Sequence record: MN794232.1
Length of the DNA: 64,000 bases
Strand: one strand, 5' to 3'
Under the pieces are notes generated by a model. That model was not told the origin of the DNA. It did not search any database and was given only the letters and a program-made list of their open reading frames with translations. Below, piece after piece: positions 25,122-34,771 of this stretch. Each line of letters begins with the position of its first letter. Position 1 is the first letter of the stretch. A program made the translations under genes and the position numbers.

Positions 25122-27368
25122 ATGAAACAGACGATCAACGTCGGGCAAATTGTTGATGACGGTACTGGTGATTACCTACGACAAGGTGGCATTAAGACCC
25201 GTGACAATTTCGACGAAATATACAGTCACTTAGGCGACGGTAGCAGACTCTATGCTGCCGGTGCTTGGCGCAATTGGAAATTTGCTTCTACATATCTAAA
25301 CGGTGATACATCGTACAACCCTGCTAACGCTGAACTGTATTTCGACGAGAACGGCGATGGTCAGGGTCCTGAACTACATACGAATTTCGGCGAGTCATGG
25401 ACAGTCGATACGTCGCTTGGTGCAGTCGATGTGTATCTCCCAAGTGGTGTTGAAGAAGCCGACTATGGTAAAGCGATTCGCGTGCGTGATGTTAAAGGTA
25501 CGTGGGACAAACAACTTGTAACAATATACCCAGATTCGAAAGACTCAATCAAACGTGTTGCGGGTTCAACTCAGAACGAACTAGGTTCAGGTGCCGAATT
25601 CAGCAACGCATATCAAGATCTTGAACTAGTGTTTACGCCACCCCGTCACTGGGAATATGTTGCTCAGAAATACGTAAACGGGTTGACATTTGGCGATGTT
25701 CCGAGTGTATTACGTCGCGCAATTATTGCACGTCAAGATCAACGTGATTTCAACATGTCACTTGAATTGAATGGTGGCGTGTACAACCAAGCCGCGGTTG
25801 AAGTATACCGTCGCGGTAACTTGCTGTACTTCGGAAACGACCTGAATGACTTCAGTGACTACGGATCAGTTCCGCTTCACACAGTCGATCCATGGGTTGC
25901 TAATAACCCTGAAACGTATTACGTAGGTGACTTAGTTCGCGGTGACGTGGTTACAGGTCGGGATGACCGAGTATGGCAGTGTATTGTTGAACACAACAGC
26001 ATCGGTACGTGGGAAGAGAACAACTGGGCGGAATTTGCAGATTTTCCTGATTATCAACCACATGCAGGTTCAACTGCATATTCAGTAGGTGATGTGGTTA
26101 CTCAGGTTGTAGGCGGTTTTGTTCAAACATTTGAATGCTTGATTTCACATACATCAGCGGCGGGTACAACTGACTTAACTACTGATAATCGCTGGAAGCA
26201 ATTGACAAATGACGACTTAGCACCACTTGATGGGCGTACAATTCGTCTTCGATTGCCTGCAAATGAAGCAGACCCGGTCGCAATGGTCACTTATTTGAGT
26301 GACGTATCAAGCTTCCGTAGTAGCTATGTTCTGAAGTCAATCAAAGTGATTGATGAAAATAACTATGGTGTTCAAGAATCACCAGGCGCGGTTGTTAAAA
26401 AAGATTTCGTACCGGGAATGGAAGTTACACTATCAGATTTTGGTCTGCCTGAATATACTCAATTCAATACAGAAACGCTTGAAGTTCTACTTAACGGTAC
26501 TCAGTTGACAAAATCAAACACTGCGGGGAATGGTGACAGCCAGAACGGTGGTGATTATGATTATGACTACATTCAAGATGCTGAAGGGCGCTGGAATACA
26601 ATCGTATTTGCAGAAGCATTGGCTGACAGTGATGTGATCACAGTCAGATGGTACGATAACGTAATCGGAACTCTTTTGACATGGGATGAAGGCGATGACA
26701 ACTTGCAAGAGCGTACACGTGAGATTTTCGTTTCTCGTGACGACTGGGCAGACGTTCGTCGATTCAACAAGATCATTTACACTGATCCACAAAACCCGTC
26801 TGCGGCTGTTACTGAAGTTCTACCGGACCCAGAGACATTTGCACCGGGCGGAACGCTAGTTTCGTTATTTGAAAGTATCTTCCCGATTGGCTCAGTGTAT
26901 ACGAATGCAAACAACCCGAACAACCCCGCCGATTACATGGGATTTGGTACTTGGGTTCGCTATGCGCCAGGTCGTACAATCGTGGGATGGAACCCAAATG
27001 ATGATGGGAAATTCCATCGAAACAATAACAACGAAAACATTGTTCAAGCAGGTGGTACAGGCGGTTCGATTGGTGTGACTCTTACTAAAGAGAACATCCC
27101 TGAGCTAATAAGTACAACAAACCCTGACTACAACAGTGAAGGTGAACGCGACATTGGAAATGTCAACGAGCAATATAGCTTAGTTGCGCGTTCAGCAACA
27201 TCGGGTGGTGACATTAACTTGAACGGCTGTCTTGGTGACCCAGAGAACACAGTTCCTCTAGCTTACTACAAAGAAGAGCCAATCAAAGTCAACCACGGTC
27301 AAATCGCACAAGCAGTTGACGTAACTCAGCCATACATCACTGCATACACTTGGTTAAGGACTGCATAA
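25122..27368 (+). CDS. 10: gp10 baseplate wedge / tail pin, with inserted carbohydrate-binding modules
   Basis: MKQTINVGQIVDDGTGDYLRQGG; FPIGSVY..NANNPNNP, C-terminal QPYITAYTWLRTA. Confidence 0.93.
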   Translation: MKQTINVGQIVDDGTGDYLRQGGIKTRDNFDEIYSHLGDGSRLYAAGAWRNWKFASTYLNGDTSYNPANAELYFDENGDGQGPELHTNFGESWTVDTSLGAVDVYLPSGVEEADYGKAIRVRDVKGTWDKQLVTIYPDSKDSIKRVAGSTQNELGSGAEFSNAYQDLELVFTPPRHWEYVAQKYVNGLTFGDVPSVLRRAIIARQDQRDFNMSLELNGGVYNQAAVEVYRRGNLLYFGNDLNDFSDYGSVPLHTVDPWVANNPETYYVGDLVRGDVVTGRDDRVWQCIVEHNSIGTWEENNWAEFADFPDYQPHAGSTAYSVGDVVTQVVGGFVQTFECLISHTSAAGTTDLTTDNRWKQLTNDDLAPLDGRTIRLRLPANEADPVAMVTYLSDVSSFRSSYVLKSIKVIDENNYGVQESPGAVVKKDFVPGMEVTLSDFGLPEYTQFNTETLEVLLNGTQLTKSNTAGNGDSQNGGDYDYDYIQDAEGRWNTIVFAEALADSDVITVRWYDNVIGTLLTWDEGDDNLQERTREIFVSRDDWADVRRFNKIIYTDPQNPSAAVTEVLPDPETFAPGGTLVSLFESIFPIGSVYTNANNPNNPADYMGFGTWVRYAPGRTIVGWNPNDDGKFHRNNNNENIVQAGGTGGSIGVTLTKENIPELISTTNPDYNSEGERDIGNVNEQYSLVARSATSGGDINLNGCLGDPENTVPLAYYKEEPIKVNHGQIAQAVDVTQPYITAYTWLRTA

Positions 27369-28054
27369 TGACAACTAAAGCAAGACATGCGTCACGAGTG
27401 TGGAGCAATGACTCGCGCATGAAGATTTTCGATCAAACAGCAATTGACGACTCGGGTTTATACCCGGGTGGTCGCTTCAATTTCCGCGGTGCGGTATTAG
27501 GCGATTCAACAATTGACGAAATTCAAGAAGGCGCGTGGGATCCGAACGTTCAAGCTGCAATTATGCAGCTTGCAATGGCAGCAATTTTGCCAGTCGGTAC
27601 TATTATCTCGTCAACAGACGCAACGAACCCGTTTAACACGAACCAGTTCAACGAAACAATTACATTCACTGGGACTTCGGCAGTTGATAACATCAGCTTA
27701 TATGGCGTTTCAGTGCAGTTGACTGTGGGCGATTCAGATAATGACATTGCAGAAAAAGTTTTCACGGCTCTGCACGCATCGAATCTGTTTGACACCGTTC
27801 CGACAGACCACGTCGCGCCGTCAAACACGTTTCTATTGAAGCACCGCAGTTCTAGACCGCATAATCCTGCGTACTCAACGACGTTTGAAGACATTTTAGA
27901 CCCAGAAGGTAGTCCAACTGGGATTCAAGCTAAAAGCGTCGTCACGGGTTCGTCAGACGGTCAGAAGAGCTTAGGTTACGGGGAATGGGAATTGTATCAC
28001 ACTGATACAACAACATTCACTGATACTGTATATTACTACAGAAGGATTGCATAA
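27368..28054 (+). CDS. 11: gp11 short tail fibre connector
   Basis: TAATG coupling to gene 10; LPVGTIIS; C-terminal YYYRRIA. Confidence 0.85.
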   Translation: MTTKARHASRVWSNDSRMKIFDQTAIDDSGLYPGGRFNFRGAVLGDSTIDEIQEGAWDPNVQAAIMQLAMAAILPVGTIISSTDATNPFNTNQFNETITFTGTSAVDNISLYGVSVQLTVGDSDNDIAEKVFTALHASNLFDTVPTDHVAPSNTFLLKHRSSRPHNPAYSTTFEDILDPEGSPTGIQAKSVVTGSSDGQKSLGYGEWELYHTDTTTFTDTVYYYRRIA

Positions 28055-29592
28055 TGTCAGGAACAAACATATTCACGCACGCGAGTGACGAGGCAAAATA
28101 TGTTTACCTGCAACCGTTCACTTCTCCCGGTTCAGCTTTTGAAGCGGGAGGAGATGTTCAGAGTATTTTGGAGCAAATTGATCCAAGCGCATTGCTACCA
28201 CTGCCGCCGTTACCTTATGCAACTTCGACTGAGGACGGTGCAGTTGAGTACTCAACTCAAGCAGAAGCTAATGCACTTGATGATTTATTGACTGTTCTTA
28301 CACCCGAAACATTAGACGGTGTTGATCAGTTTGTATCACCAGCAACCGATACTCAGCTAGGTAACTTACTTGAATTACGTTCAAGTGATTTGACTCGAAC
28401 ATATGCATCATCAGATGCCAGTCGTTTGCTTTCATATCGTCGTCTTGAAGAAATGATGACGACTAGAAATGCACTTGCAGATGACACAACCAATGATTCT
28501 CAGGGGTTTGCTCAGTTTGCAACTCTAGCTGAATCATTAGCATACAACCCATCACGCATAATCTCGCCTATGCGAACTTGGAACTTGATTAAAAAAGAAA
28601 TTCCAAACCCATGGGCGCAAGCAACGGAGACATCAACTGGCGTTGTTAGAACAGTAGCACCGAGTGATTCATTGAAATCAGATGCTTCTATCGCGATTAG
28701 TGTTAAAGGTTTGAATCATGTGTCAGCGACAACTTCAAAGCGAGGTGCGTTTAAGTTAACACAAAACAACTATGACCGCAATGCAAGTGATGCAAACGAA
28801 TATGCAATAACTCCCGGTACGATTGATAATTTATTGGCAACGAGTGATAAGGTTGGATTCTTTCAACTTCCTGCTACGTTCACAAATGACTCAACTCAAG
28901 CAACTAGTGCGGCATTAGGCTACGAACTTGCAAGTAAACTGGGTCCAGATGGTGGTACGATTACAGGCACGCTTCAATGTGACAACATTTACAGTAATAT
29001 TGTCACGAGACAAAAGCAATACAGCTATGGCGGCTCATATTACGTTAATGTAAAAGAGACACGAGAAGTATTCCCGAATAATCAACTTGATGCTAAAATC
29101 GGATTAGCAGGTCGACCAGTCGGAAGTATTTTCCATTGTACTGAAAATGTAGACCCGAATGTTGTATTTGGTGGCGTGTGGTATAGAATCAGAGCAGGTC
29201 AAACAATGATCGGTCAAGGTACGGGTGATGATGGCGTGCGTCGTCGTTACTTCTCAGCCGGAACATATCGTGATGATGATCGAGTTACATTGTACGAACG
29301 TCATTTGCCTAGTCACAGTCACAAAAGCTGGGGTGAAACATACACAGGTTCGAAATCTTCATGTGTTAAGTACGGTACATATCGAAACCCGTACGGCGTG
29401 ACATATTACTGTAAAGAATACAGTTATGTTGATTACTGGCGATTCGGTTATACGGGTAGTCGGAATAATATAGGCATGGGTTCTACTGACCGAGATAATT
29501 ACATGTATTACACATCACCGGTAGGTGGCGGTCAAGCTCATGAAAACATGATGCCATTCTATCCCGTTTATATTTGGAGACGAGTTAAATGA
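28054..29592 (+). CDS. 12: gp12 short tail fibre, paralogue A (512 aa)
   Basis: NIFTHASDEAKYV, ATETSTGVVR fibre repeats, collar PVGSIF, HSH metal motif, C-terminal YIWRRVK. Confidence 0.8.
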   Translation: MSGTNIFTHASDEAKYVYLQPFTSPGSAFEAGGDVQSILEQIDPSALLPLPPLPYATSTEDGAVEYSTQAEANALDDLLTVLTPETLDGVDQFVSPATDTQLGNLLELRSSDLTRTYASSDASRLLSYRRLEEMMTTRNALADDTTNDSQGFAQFATLAESLAYNPSRIISPMRTWNLIKKEIPNPWAQATETSTGVVRTVAPSDSLKSDASIAISVKGLNHVSATTSKRGAFKLTQNNYDRNASDANEYAITPGTIDNLLATSDKVGFFQLPATFTNDSTQATSAALGYELASKLGPDGGTITGTLQCDNIYSNIVTRQKQYSYGGSYYVNVKETREVFPNNQLDAKIGLAGRPVGSIFHCTENVDPNVVFGGVWYRIRAGQTMIGQGTGDDGVRRRYFSAGTYRDDDRVTLYERHLPSHSHKSWGETYTGSKSSCVKYGTYRNPYGVTYYCKEYSYVDYWRFGYTGSRNNIGMGSTDRDNYMYYTSPVGGGQAHENMMPFYPVYIWRRVK

Positions 29593-31010
29593 GTAAAGGA
29601 ACTCAAATTTTCAATCACGTGATTGATGATGCGGGTACGGTTACAGTTGAAGTCGCTGGTACTGCCTTTGACGGGCAGACTGGCGGCAACGATGATCTTC
29701 AGACGTGCCTTGAATTGATTCAAGATCACGCTGTTCAGCCGTTACCTGATTACCCAGTCGCGTCAACGACTGTGGCTGGTATTACGAAATTAAGTGATGA
29801 AGCCGCTGTAGTTGATCCGCTAAACACAGATAGCGCGGTTACGCCAAGTTCGCTTGATTATTGGATGCAAAATCACGCAACCGCAACTGAATTGCAGTAT
29901 GGTTTCGTAAAGCTGATAACCGAAAGCACAATCGACACAGTAGCACCGTCAGACCCCGTAGAAGCTGCACAAAAGCACGCATTCACGTTAAAAACGCTGA
30001 ACTACGCTCTTAACACTCGATTTTACGCGACTGAATCTGATCCGGGTGCTGTGCGTCTCGCGACGAATGCGCAAGCAACGACAACAGGCACACTTTCAAC
30101 GACTGTAGCAATGACGCCGCAGCGAGTTAAAGAAATGCTTGACGTATGGGCAAACACAACTGCATCAGACGCATCCGAAACTACAAAGGGGTTGATTCGA
30201 CTAGCAAACGGGACTGAAGTCAACAGTACATTAGCGACTGAAGATAACTTGGCAATTTCGCCATATCGTTTTAACTTTAGAACAGCAACTACGACTCGTA
30301 AGGCAGGGTTTTATCTACCCGACGCTACAGTTGCCAACGCTCGTGCGTCGAACGAACATGCAGTTACAGTGGGCACATTGAATCTATTCAGTGCAAATAG
30401 TTCTCGTGTGGGTGTTGCTAAAATAGCAAACAATCTGACGACGAATGATCCGTTACAAGCTCTAAGCGCAGCAATGGGTTATAAGTTGAACAACGAGAAG
30501 ATTGGCGATGCAGGTGGTACAGTCACGGGTACTCTGAAGATCAACAATGTTCAGTCAGTTGGCGGAACTCAGTTGATGACTAATGGTCTAATTGAATCAC
30601 GAGCAATGCTTAATATGTATCCAGTCGGTTCAGTTTACATGTCGTTAGTATCAACATCACCTGCTACGCTTTTCGGCGGTACGTGGGCTAGATTAGCACA
30701 AGGTCGTGTTCTTGTTTCAGAGGGTTCATATGGCGGTCGAACTTTTGCAGTTCGTCAGACTGGCGGTGAGTATGAAGTTCAGTTAACCGAAGCAACAATA
30801 CCAGCTCATAAACACGCTGGTTGGGGTGAACATTACGACGGTAACGGTATCGGGTTTGGCGTTGCGAAGCAATACGGGCGTAATAACCCAGGTTCTCGTA
30901 GAACAGACAGTGACAACTATCTATACTACACATCACCGACCGGTGGTAACCAAGCACACAACAACGTACAGCCATACTATACTGTTTACATGTGGGAAAG
31001 AACTGCATAA
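29589..31010 (+). CDS. 12: gp12 short tail fibre, paralogue B (473 aa)
   Basis: ASTTVAGITKL/ASETTKGLIRL repeats, YPVGSVY, HKH, YMWERTA. Confidence 0.85.
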   Translation: MSKGTQIFNHVIDDAGTVTVEVAGTAFDGQTGGNDDLQTCLELIQDHAVQPLPDYPVASTTVAGITKLSDEAAVVDPLNTDSAVTPSSLDYWMQNHATATELQYGFVKLITESTIDTVAPSDPVEAAQKHAFTLKTLNYALNTRFYATESDPGAVRLATNAQATTTGTLSTTVAMTPQRVKEMLDVWANTTASDASETTKGLIRLANGTEVNSTLATEDNLAISPYRFNFRTATTTRKAGFYLPDATVANARASNEHAVTVGTLNLFSANSSRVGVAKIANNLTTNDPLQALSAAMGYKLNNEKIGDAGGTVTGTLKINNVQSVGGTQLMTNGLIESRAMLNMYPVGSVYMSLVSTSPATLFGGTWARLAQGRVLVSEGSYGGRTFAVRQTGGEYEVQLTEATIPAHKHAGWGEHYDGNGIGFGVAKQYGRNNPGSRRTDSDNYLYYTSPTGGNQAHNNVQPYYTVYMWERTA

Positions 31011-31050
31011 AGACAAGCATAGTATAACGCATATGTCAATGTGAATAAAC

Positions 31051-31220
31051 GGGTGAGATTGATTTCTCACCCTTTTTTGTATGAGCGAAGCGATAGAAAC
31101 GGATCGAGGCGGAAAAATTCCGCCTCATCTTAGTAGTATTAGTGGTTTTAGTGAAGTTAGAGATATTAGTATGATTAGTATTAAATACTTGTTTAAATCC
31201 ATGAATGTACCTGCTATTAT
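31051..31220 (+). repeat. composite intergenic element copy 2 (terminator, GCGAAGC, hairpin, 6 TTAG at 9-bp period, GTTTAAA-17-TATTAT)
   Basis: TTAG at 31130, 31139, 31148, 31157, 31166, 31175; hairpin GAGGCGGAAAAATTCCGCCTC. Confidence 0.8.
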
Positions 31221-31261
31221 AAACGCATAAAGACATCTCCCTCCTTGATCCTTTGTATTGC

Positions 31262-31269
31262 TATAAATA
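31262..31269 (+). promoter_or_regulatory. late promoter for wac
   Basis: TATAAATA. Confidence 0.8.
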
Positions 31270-31308
31270 GTAGTAAGCTATGTTCATTTACAATACAAGG
31301 GAACAAAA

Positions 31309-32988
31309 ATGACAATTCAAAAGCCTATCATTACAGAGCTTAGATATGTAAATGGTCAACCAGATCCTTCTCAACGTCCCGATCAAACTCGAATTAACTG
31401 GGCTAAGAATGGTGAAAGCATCAATGGTGCTTCTGGTGACACAGTTTCTGACGGTGTGTTAAACCGAGCAGGAGTACAGATCCAAGAAAACGTTCTGAAC
31501 ACACATTACAATACAAAAGCACAGCAAACGACAATTGAAGAACTTGTCGATACCGTAAACGAACTGACGGGTGGTGGCGACGCAAACCTTGGTGCTCGTG
31601 TTTCTCAGACTGAATTCGATATTGATGTTCTTGAAAATCAAGTAGATGATCTTCAAGACAATGTTGGTGTACCGTCTACTATTGATGTTATGGCAACCGG
31701 TTTATATCGTCGCGCTGAAGACATCGAAGCTGATATTGGTGTTCGTAACCCAAATGACATCCCAAATGACGTTGAGAATAATGACACGATTCGTAAAGAC
31801 TTGTATTTCATCAAACGTCGTATCGGTAACGACCGTAACTATGATGTAAACGGGAATTCTTCTCCAAGTACAAACCCAACTGGTATGAAATATCAGATTG
31901 AAGATTTGTACAACAAAACTGCAACAATCAATGCTGAAATTGGTGAAAACACAATCCCGTTGACAATCAATGGTCGTCTGTATGAGTTGGAGCAGAACTC
32001 ACAGGTCGGTGATGTTGCTGAAATTCGTAGCGAAATCGGTGATTCTCAAGATGCAGACCCTGCTCGTACGATTTATTTGCGCCTTGACGACGCAGAAAGT
32101 GCGATTAGTGACAACTCATCAGACATCAATTTGTTGCAACAAGAAATCGAAACTCCAACAACTGGTCTAATTGATCGTGTTTCGGCTAATGAAACTGCAA
32201 TTTCAGACGGTCAGACGCAAATCACTGCTAATGCTCAGTCGATTACTGATATTACAACTGATCTCGGATCGTACTCAGTAGGTGACGTGTATGCAGGTAC
32301 GGTTAAAGCTCGTCTATCGACGTTTAACGACGACATTTCTAATCTATGGAGCCGTTTAGGGGCTACTGACGCAGAGACTGGCACAGTGTCTTATAGAGTG
32401 GCAGGATTAGAGGCTAGTCTCGGGGATCGCGATAGCCCGGTTGAATTCACAGCTTGGTACACTATTCAAGAAAACCGTGGTCTGATTGATTCTGCTCAGT
32501 CGGATGTTGACGGTCTTTTGACTGTGGTTGGTCAGAGTGATACTGAAGTGGGTACTTTGCGTGCTCGTGTTCTTGAGCTTGAAGCCAACTTGGATTATGC
32601 AATGTTGACTTCAGACACGCCAAACACAGCATCATTGACAACAACACCGACAGACATGTTCAGTTTATTCAACGTTGAATCGGACGTAAGTGGTTTTACA
32701 TACACTGGTGGCGTTTTGACCAGAACTGGTCTTGATATTAAGAAGCCGATCATGTTGAACTGGGTAGTTGTTTCTCCGACTACAACAACACTTACAATCA
32801 AGATTGATATTGTCAATCCGAGTGGTAGTGTTACTATCGAAAAAACACGTACGCTTCGTGCGGGATTGGTTACACCGATCAATATTGTTCACGTTGCTGA
32901 CATTGAAGACACTGGTGACATTACTATTCTTGCTAGTACTGCGGCAAACGTTACGATTGAACACGAATCGTTCTTCATGCAACTATAA
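31309..32988 (+). CDS. wac: fibritin (neck whiskers)
   Basis: N-terminal RINWAKNGE..GVLNR..QIQENV, segmented coiled coil; no T4 foldon. Confidence 0.9.
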   Translation: MTIQKPIITELRYVNGQPDPSQRPDQTRINWAKNGESINGASGDTVSDGVLNRAGVQIQENVLNTHYNTKAQQTTIEELVDTVNELTGGGDANLGARVSQTEFDIDVLENQVDDLQDNVGVPSTIDVMATGLYRRAEDIEADIGVRNPNDIPNDVENNDTIRKDLYFIKRRIGNDRNYDVNGNSSPSTNPTGMKYQIEDLYNKTATINAEIGENTIPLTINGRLYELEQNSQVGDVAEIRSEIGDSQDADPARTIYLRLDDAESAISDNSSDINLLQQEIETPTTGLIDRVSANETAISDGQTQITANAQSITDITTDLGSYSVGDVYAGTVKARLSTFNDDISNLWSRLGATDAETGTVSYRVAGLEASLGDRDSPVEFTAWYTIQENRGLIDSAQSDVDGLLTVVGQSDTEVGTLRARVLELEANLDYAMLTSDTPNTASLTTTPTDMFSLFNVESDVSGFTYTGGVLTRTGLDIKKPIMLNWVVVSPTTTTLTIKIDIVNPSGSVTIEKTRTLRAGLVTPINIVHVADIEDTGDITILASTAANVTIEHESFFMQL

Positions 32989-32998
32989 GGGGTAATTT

Positions 32999-33922
32999 AT
33001 GCAAGCGTATAACGCTACATCGCCTCGCGAAATGAAAGATTTGATTTTAAGGCGCCTAGGTGCGCCTATTGTCAACGTCGAAGTATCTGAAGATCAGGTA
33101 TACGACTGTATTTCTCGTGCGCTTGAATTATACATTGAGTATCACCCAGACGGTGTTAATAAAACGTATTCTATCATTTCATTATCTGAAGAGCAAGCTC
33201 AGACAGGCATCATCGACTTGGATATCCCTGCGACTGCTATCACTAAGATTTTGCGTGCAGAAAGTTCGTTTTTCACTATGGATGGTAATGCTACTTACTC
33301 ATGGTTTAGTGATTTTCTACAAGGTCTAGCTGGCGGTCCCGGTGCAGGATCGTGTAACTCATATCATCAGGGGATGTTAGGTCAAGGTAGTCTAAGTGAC
33401 TACTGGAACTTGATGTCCTACAAAAATATGTTGACTGACTTGTTATCGCCTGAATACGATTATTGGTATAATGGCGTAAACAAGCAGCTTCGAATCAATG
33501 CAAACTTGAGTGCAGGTGAGCTTATTGTAGTTGAAGCATTTGTTCCTAGCGCGTTATTGGTTTCTGAATCAGCAACTGGTATTATAGGTAACAAAGCAGC
33601 GACTATCGGCTCGTATGAAGATACGACTTCACAAGAACGTTGGGATGACCCATACAGCATTCTTCGTCAGAACAACACAATCGGTAACCCGAACCAATTC
33701 GCTGAACAAAATGCTTATTCAGTTCGCTGGGTTAAAGACATGGCAACCGCTATGACTAAGCAAATGAACGGCATTATCTTGAAGAAACATCAAGGGTTGC
33801 AATTGCCAGGTGGAATTACAATTGATGGTAAGGAAATTTACGATGAGGCAACTCAAGAGATTGAGAGACTACGTGAAGAGCTAATGTCATTGACTGTTCC
33901 ACTAGGCGTATTCATGGGGTGA
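32999..33922 (+). CDS. 13: gp13 neck protein
   Basis: ILRRLGAPIVNVEV, LPGGITIDG. Confidence 0.95.
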   Translation: MQAYNATSPREMKDLILRRLGAPIVNVEVSEDQVYDCISRALELYIEYHPDGVNKTYSIISLSEEQAQTGIIDLDIPATAITKILRAESSFFTMDGNATYSWFSDFLQGLAGGPGAGSCNSYHQGMLGQGSLSDYWNLMSYKNMLTDLLSPEYDYWYNGVNKQLRINANLSAGELIVVEAFVPSALLVSESATGIIGNKAATIGSYEDTTSQERWDDPYSILRQNNTIGNPNQFAEQNAYSVRWVKDMATAMTKQMNGIILKKHQGLQLPGGITIDGKEIYDEATQEIERLREELMSLTVPLGVFMG

Positions 33923-33925
33923 TTT

Positions 33926-34762
33926 ATGGGAGCATACGACACTAATACGGGTGGTATGTTCGCTAAGTTAGAAAGTCAAAAAGGGTATGATCAGATTTAC
34001 AACAATCACTTGGTCAACCCTTATTTTAACTGGGTGAATCATACTAATGAGCAGAATCTAACTGACATGCTTGTAGCAGAATCAATCATCAACCGAGGGG
34101 TTGAATGTGTGTATCTGCGAAGAGAAATGGAAAAAGTCGATCTTGTGTTCGGCGAAGACCCAATGAGTAAATTCACTCAGAACTTTCGAATGTCTCTTTA
34201 CGTCGAATCATTTGAGGGGTGGGATGGTGACGGCGATTGGTACAGTAAATTCGGATTTCAAGTGAATGATGAAATGAACGTCTGTATCAACCCGAAATTA
34301 TTCGCTCAACAAGGCGACGGTAAGCAGCCGTTAATGGGTGATTTAATTTACTTCCCGCTTGCAAATAGTCTTTTTGAGATTAGTTGGATTGAGCGCGAAG
34401 ACCCGTGGTATATGAACGGTGTTTTACCTATGCGCAAGATGAAAATGACCAAATTCGTTTACTCTGGTGAAGAAATTAATCTTGAGAAGCCAGAGGCAGT
34501 CATTGATTCAATTGACGATATTCTAAACTTTGGAGAAGATACTGACGAAATGATTGACATTGACAAAATCAATGCACTTGACGGGCGTTGGGATATTGGT
34601 ATCGAACAAGGTGCTGAAATTACTCAAATCGAAGATGAAGTTGACAAGTTCTATGAGTCTGAGCAAGTCGTGCCTAGCGGCAGTGATGTTCAGCCTACAG
34701 ACCCGCGCAACGCAACGATTGGTTTCAATGTAAATAACAGTAATCCATTCGACAGTTTTTAA
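33926..34762 (+). CDS. 14: gp14 neck protein
   Basis: EQNL..LVAESI, FGEDP, SKFGFQV, GDLIYFP. Confidence 0.95.
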   Translation: MGAYDTNTGGMFAKLESQKGYDQIYNNHLVNPYFNWVNHTNEQNLTDMLVAESIINRGVECVYLRREMEKVDLVFGEDPMSKFTQNFRMSLYVESFEGWDGDGDWYSKFGFQVNDEMNVCINPKLFAQQGDGKQPLMGDLIYFPLANSLFEISWIEREDPWYMNGVLPMRKMKMTKFVYSGEEINLEKPEAVIDSIDDILNFGEDTDEMIDIDKINALDGRWDIGIEQGAEITQIEDEVDKFYESEQVVPSGSDVQPTDPRNATIGFNVNNSNPFDSF

Positions 34763-34771
34763 GGGGGCATC

